DNA of 12,861 nt from Azolla caroliniana (Eukaryota > Plantae > Polypodiophyta), in assembly GCA_043228905.1 (NCBI GenBank), contig JBHGNT010001021.1, positions 1 to 12,861 on the forward strand, given 5' to 3'. This document shows positions 8,467 to 12,861 of this stretch, in pieces. The position numbers were made by a program, and so were the translations under genes. The notes under the pieces were generated by a model. It made no database searches. It was given only the letters and a program-made list of their open reading frames with translations, and was not told the origin of the DNA. Position 1 is the stretch's first letter. Each line of letters starts with the position of its first letter.

Positions 8467-11314
8467 GCATGTTTGAACACAAAAATCCGATATAACACGA
8501 GCCAGGTATGAACATTTTAATTTACTCAAGGGCTCCTCTCTCCTCCCTCCTCATGTTTGGTAATTTCGTCATGTCTCTCGACCTGAGTTTCAAAATCTTG
8601 ATTTTTTAATTCCATATCATAGCTAGCGTTGTTACCTTCGATTCGCATGTTTGAACACAAAAATCCGATATTACACGAGCCAGGTATGAACATTTTCATT
8701 TACTCAAGGGCTCCTCTCAACTCACCACTCAAATTTGGTAATTTCGTCATGTCTCTCGACCTGAGTTTCTATATCTTGATTTTTTAATTCTATATTATAG
8801 CTAGCGTTGTTAGCTTCGATTCGCATGTTTAAACACAAAAATTCGATATCACACGAGCCAGGTATGAACATTTTAATTTACCTCCTAGCTCTTCTCAACT
8901 CACTCCTCAAATTTGGTAATTTTGTTATGTCTCTCGATCTGAGTTTCAAAATCTTGATTTTTTAATTCTATATCATAACTAGCGTTGTTAGCTTCGATTC
9001 GCATGTTTGAACACAAAAATCCGATATCACACGAGCCAGGTATGAACATTTTCATTTACTCAAGGGCTCCTCTCAACTCCCTCCTCATGTTTGCTAATTT
9101 CGTCATGTTTATCGACCTGAGTCTCAAAATCTTGATTTTTTAATTCCATATCATAGCTAGCGTTGTTACCTTCGATTCGCATGTTTGAACACAAAAATCC
9201 GATATTACACGAGCCAGGTATGAATATTTTCATTTACTCAAGGCCTCCTCTCAAGTCACTGCTCAAATTTGGTAATTTCGTCATGTTTCTCGATCTGAGT
9301 TTCAAAATCTTGATTTTTTAATTCCATATCATAGGTAGTGTTGTTAGCTTCGATTCGCATGTTTGAACACAAAAATCCGATATAACACGAGCCAGGTATG
9401 AACATTTTAATTTACCTCCTAGCTCTTCTCAACTCACTCCTCAAATTTGGTAATTTCGTCATGTCTCTCGACCTGAGTTTCAAAATCTTGATTTTTTAAT
9501 TCTATATAATAGCTAGCGTTGTTAGCTAATATTCGCATGTTTGAACATAAAAATCCAATATCACACGAGCAAGGTATGAACATTTTAATTTACCTCCTAG
9601 CTCTTCTCAACTCACTCCTCAAATTTGGTAATTTCTTCATGTTTCTCGACCTGAGTTTCAAAATCTTGATTTTTTAATTCCATATCATAGCTAGGGTTGT
9701 TAGCTTCGATTCGCATGTTTGAACATAAAAATCCGATATCACACGAGCCAGGTATGAACATTTTCATTTACTCAAGGGCTCCTCTCAACTCCCTCCTCAT
9801 GTTTGCTAATTTCGTCATGTTTATCGACCTGAGTCTCAAAATCTTGATTTTTTAATTCCATATCATAGCTAGCGTTGTTACCTTCGATTCGCATGTTTGA
9901 ACACAAAAATCCGATATCACACGAGCCAGGTATGAACATTTTCATTTACTCAAGGCCTCCTCTCAAGTCACTCCTCAAATTTGGTAATTTCGTCATGTCT
10001 CTCGACCTGAGTTTCAAAATCTTGATTTTTTAATTCCATATCATAGGTAGTGTTGTTAGCTTCGATTCGCATGTTTGAACACAAAAATCCGATATCACAC
10101 GAGCCAGGTATGAACTATTTAATTTACCTCCTCGCTCCTCTCAACTCACTCCTCAAATTTGGTAATTTGATTATGTCTCTCGACCTGAGTTTCCAAATCT
10201 TGATTTTTTAATTCTATATCATAGCTAGCGTTGTTAGCTTCGATTCGCATGTTTGAACACAAAAATCCGATATCACACGAGCCAGGTATGAACATTTTCA
10301 TTTACTCAAGGGCTCCTCTCAACTCCCTCCTCATGTTTGCTAATTTCGTCATGTTTATCGACCTGAGTCTCAAAATCTTGATTTTTTAATTCCATATCAT
10401 AGCTAGCGTTGTTACCTTCGATTCGCATGTTTGAACACAAAAATCCGATATCACACGAGCCAGGTATGAACATTTTCATTTACTCAAGGCCTCCTCTCAA
10501 GTCACTCCTCAAATTTGGTAATTTCGTCATGTCTCTCGACCTGAGTTTCAAAATCTTCATTTTTTAATTCCATATCATAGGTAGTGTTGTTAGCTTCGAT
10601 TCGCATGTTTGAACACAAAAATCCGATATCACACGAGCCAGGTATGAACTATTTAATTTACCTCCTCGCTCCTCTCAAGTCACTCCTCAAATTTGGTAAT
10701 TTGATTATGTCTCTCGACCTGAGTTTTAAAATCTTGATTTTTTAATTCCATATCATAGGTAGTGTTGTTAGCTTCGATTCGCATGTTTGAACTCAAAAAT
10801 CCGATATCACACGAGCCAGGTATGAACTATTTAATTTACCTCCTCGCTCCTCTCAACTCACTCCTCAAATTTGGTAATTTGATTATGTCTCTCGACCTGA
10901 GTTTCCAAATCTTGATTTTTTAATTCTATATCATAGCTAGCGTTGTTAGCTTCGATTCGCATGTTTGAACACAAAAATCCGATATCACACGAGCCCGGTA
11001 TGAACATTTTTATTTACTCAAGGGCTCCTCTCAACTCCCTCCTCATGTTTGCTAATTTCGTCATGTCTATCGACCTGAGTCTCAAAATCTTGATTTTTTA
11101 ATTCCATATCATAGCTAGCGTTGTTACCTTCGATTCGCATGTTTGAACACAAAAATCCGATATTACACGAGCCAGGTATGAACATTTTCATTTACTCAAG
11201 GGCTCTTTTCAACTCACTACTCAAATTTGGTAATTTCGTCATGTCTCTCGACCGGAGTTTCTAAATCTTGATTTTTTAATACCATATCATAGCTAACGTT
11301 GTTAGCTTCGATTC

Positions 11315-12861
11315 GCATGTTTGAACACAAAAATCCGATATAACACGAGCCAGGTATGAACATTTTCATTTACTCAAGGGCTCCTCTCAAGTCACTCCTC
11401 AAAATTGGTAATTTCGTCATGTCTCTCGACCTGAGTTTCAAAATCTTGATTTTTTAATTCCATATCATAGCTAGCGTTGTTAGCTTCAATTCGCATGTTT
11501 GAACACAGAAATCCGATATTACACGAGCCAGGTATGAACATTTTAATTTACTCAAGGGCTCCTCTCTCCTCCCTCCTCATGTTTGGTAATTTCGTCATGT
11601 CTCTCGACCTGAGTTTCAAAATCTTGATTTTTTAATTCCATATCATAGCTAGCGTTGTTACCTTCGATTCGCATGTTTGAACACAAAAATCCGATATCAC
11701 ACGAGCCCGGTATGAACATTTTCATTTACTCAAGGGCTCCTCTCAACTCACCACTCAAATTTGGTAATTTCGTCATGTCTCTCGACCTGAGTTTCTATAT
11801 CTTGATTTTTTAATTCTATATTATAGCTAGCGTTGTTAGCTTCGATTCGCATGTTTAAACACAAAAATTCGATATCACACGAGCCAGGTATGAACATTTT
11901 AATTTACCTCCTAGCTCTTCTCAACTCACTCCTCAAATTTGGTAATTTTGTCATGTCTCTCGATCTGAGTTTCAAAATCTTGATTTTTTAATTCCATATC
12001 ATAGCTAGCGTTGTTAGCTTCGATTCGCATGTTTGAACACAAAAATTCGATATCACACGAGCCAGGTATGACCATTTTAATTTACCTCCTAGCTCTTCTT
12101 AACTCACTCCTCAAATTTGGTAATTTCTTCATGTTTCTCGACCTCAGTTTCAAAATCTTGATTTTTTAATTCCATATCATAGCTAGCGTTGTTAGCTTCG
12201 ATTCGCATGTTTGAACACAAAAATCCGATATTACACGAGCCAGGTATGAACATTTTAATTTACCTCCTAGCTCTTCTCAACTCACTCCTCAAATTTGGAA
12301 ATTTCGTCATGTCTCTCGACGGGAGTTTCAAAATCTTGATTTTTTAATTCCATATCATAGGTATGAACATTTTAATTCGATATCACACGAGCCAGGTATG
12401 AACATTTTAATTTACCTCCTAGCTCTTCTCAACTCACTACTCAAATTTGGTAATTTCGTCATGTCTCTCGACCGGAGTTTCTAAATCTTGATTTTTTAAT
12501 ACCATATCATAGCTAACGTTGTTAGCTTCGATTCGCATGTTTGAACACAAAAATCCGATATAACACGAGCCAGGTATGAACATTTTAATTTACCTCCTAG
12601 CTCTTCTCAACTCACTCCTCAAATTTGGTAATTTCGTCATGTCTCTCGACCTGAGTTTCAAAATCTTGATTTTTTAATTCTATATAATAGCTAGCGTTGT
12701 TAGCTAATATTCGCATGTTTGAACATAAAAATCCAATATCACACGAGCAAGGTATGAACATTTTAATTTACCTCCTAGCTCTTCTCAATTCACTCCTCAA
12801 ATTTGGTAATTTCTTCATGTTTCTCGACCTGAGTTTCAAAATCTTGATTTTTTAATTCCAT
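11315..12861. repeat. Second copy of the 1547-bp direct repeat, running to the window end
   Basis: It matches 1-1547 at every diagnostic site I compared. 64x178-3x26=11314. Confidence 0.93.
12205..12534. repeat. Fused H-I dimer (330 bp), copy 4
   Basis: Same junction at 12360-12377. Confidence 0.95.

Larger units (their letters stand above)
1..12861. repeat. Tandem satellite DNA array, 178-bp monomer, about 73 copies, all in the same orientation; family not recognised
   Basis: GCATG(T/G)TT(G/A)AAC recurs at 1, 179, 357, 535, 713, 891, then 1221, 1399, 1577 and onward to 12535, 12713. Spacing is exactly 178 bp except for four 330-bp intervals (2x178-26). No non-repeat sequence occurs anywhere in the window. 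Confidence 0.99.

Noticed and set aside
1-12861. CRISPR array or other repeat-spacer system
   Set aside because: The entire 178-bp unit repeats. There are no unique spacers, leader or cas genes, and the variable segment has only a few recurring alleles.
1-12861. Protein-coding repeat gene
   Set aside because: 178 is not a multiple of 3, TAA/TAG/TGA codons are frequent on both strands, and no codon-like substitution pattern is visible.

Overview
The whole 12,861-bp window is one head-to-tail tandem satellite array on a single strand orientation: about 73 monomers of a 178-bp unit, about 37% GC by hand count of the consensus. The approximate consensus is GCATGTTTGAACACAAAAATCCGATATCACACGAGCCAGGTATGAACATTTTAATTTACCTCCTAGCTCTTCTCAACTCACTCCTCAAATTTGGTAATTTCGTCATGTCTCTCGACCTGAGTTTCAAAATCTTGATTTTTTAATTCCATATCATAGCTAGCGTTGTTAGCTTCGATTC. 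I find no genes, RNA genes, transposons or CRISPR arrays, and I do not recognise the family. Unit length and organisation resemble eukaryotic centromeric, pericentromeric or subtelomeric satellite. Typing monomers by shared diagnostic variants (my labels) gives: X Y A B' G H I J K L M N O P A B C D E F F G H I J K L M N O A B C D E F F G A B C D E F F G H I Y' A' B C D J K L M N C M N' N O P/I | X Y A B' G H I J K(partial). This shows nested higher-order repeats: a 16/17-mer core (2822/3000 bp), an 8-mer duplication (1424 bp), paralogous trimers (CDE~LMN) and an 11,314-bp (64-monomer) outer period, with 1-1547 recurring at 11315-12861. The only length change seen is one 26-bp net deletion with a templated insertion, present four times.
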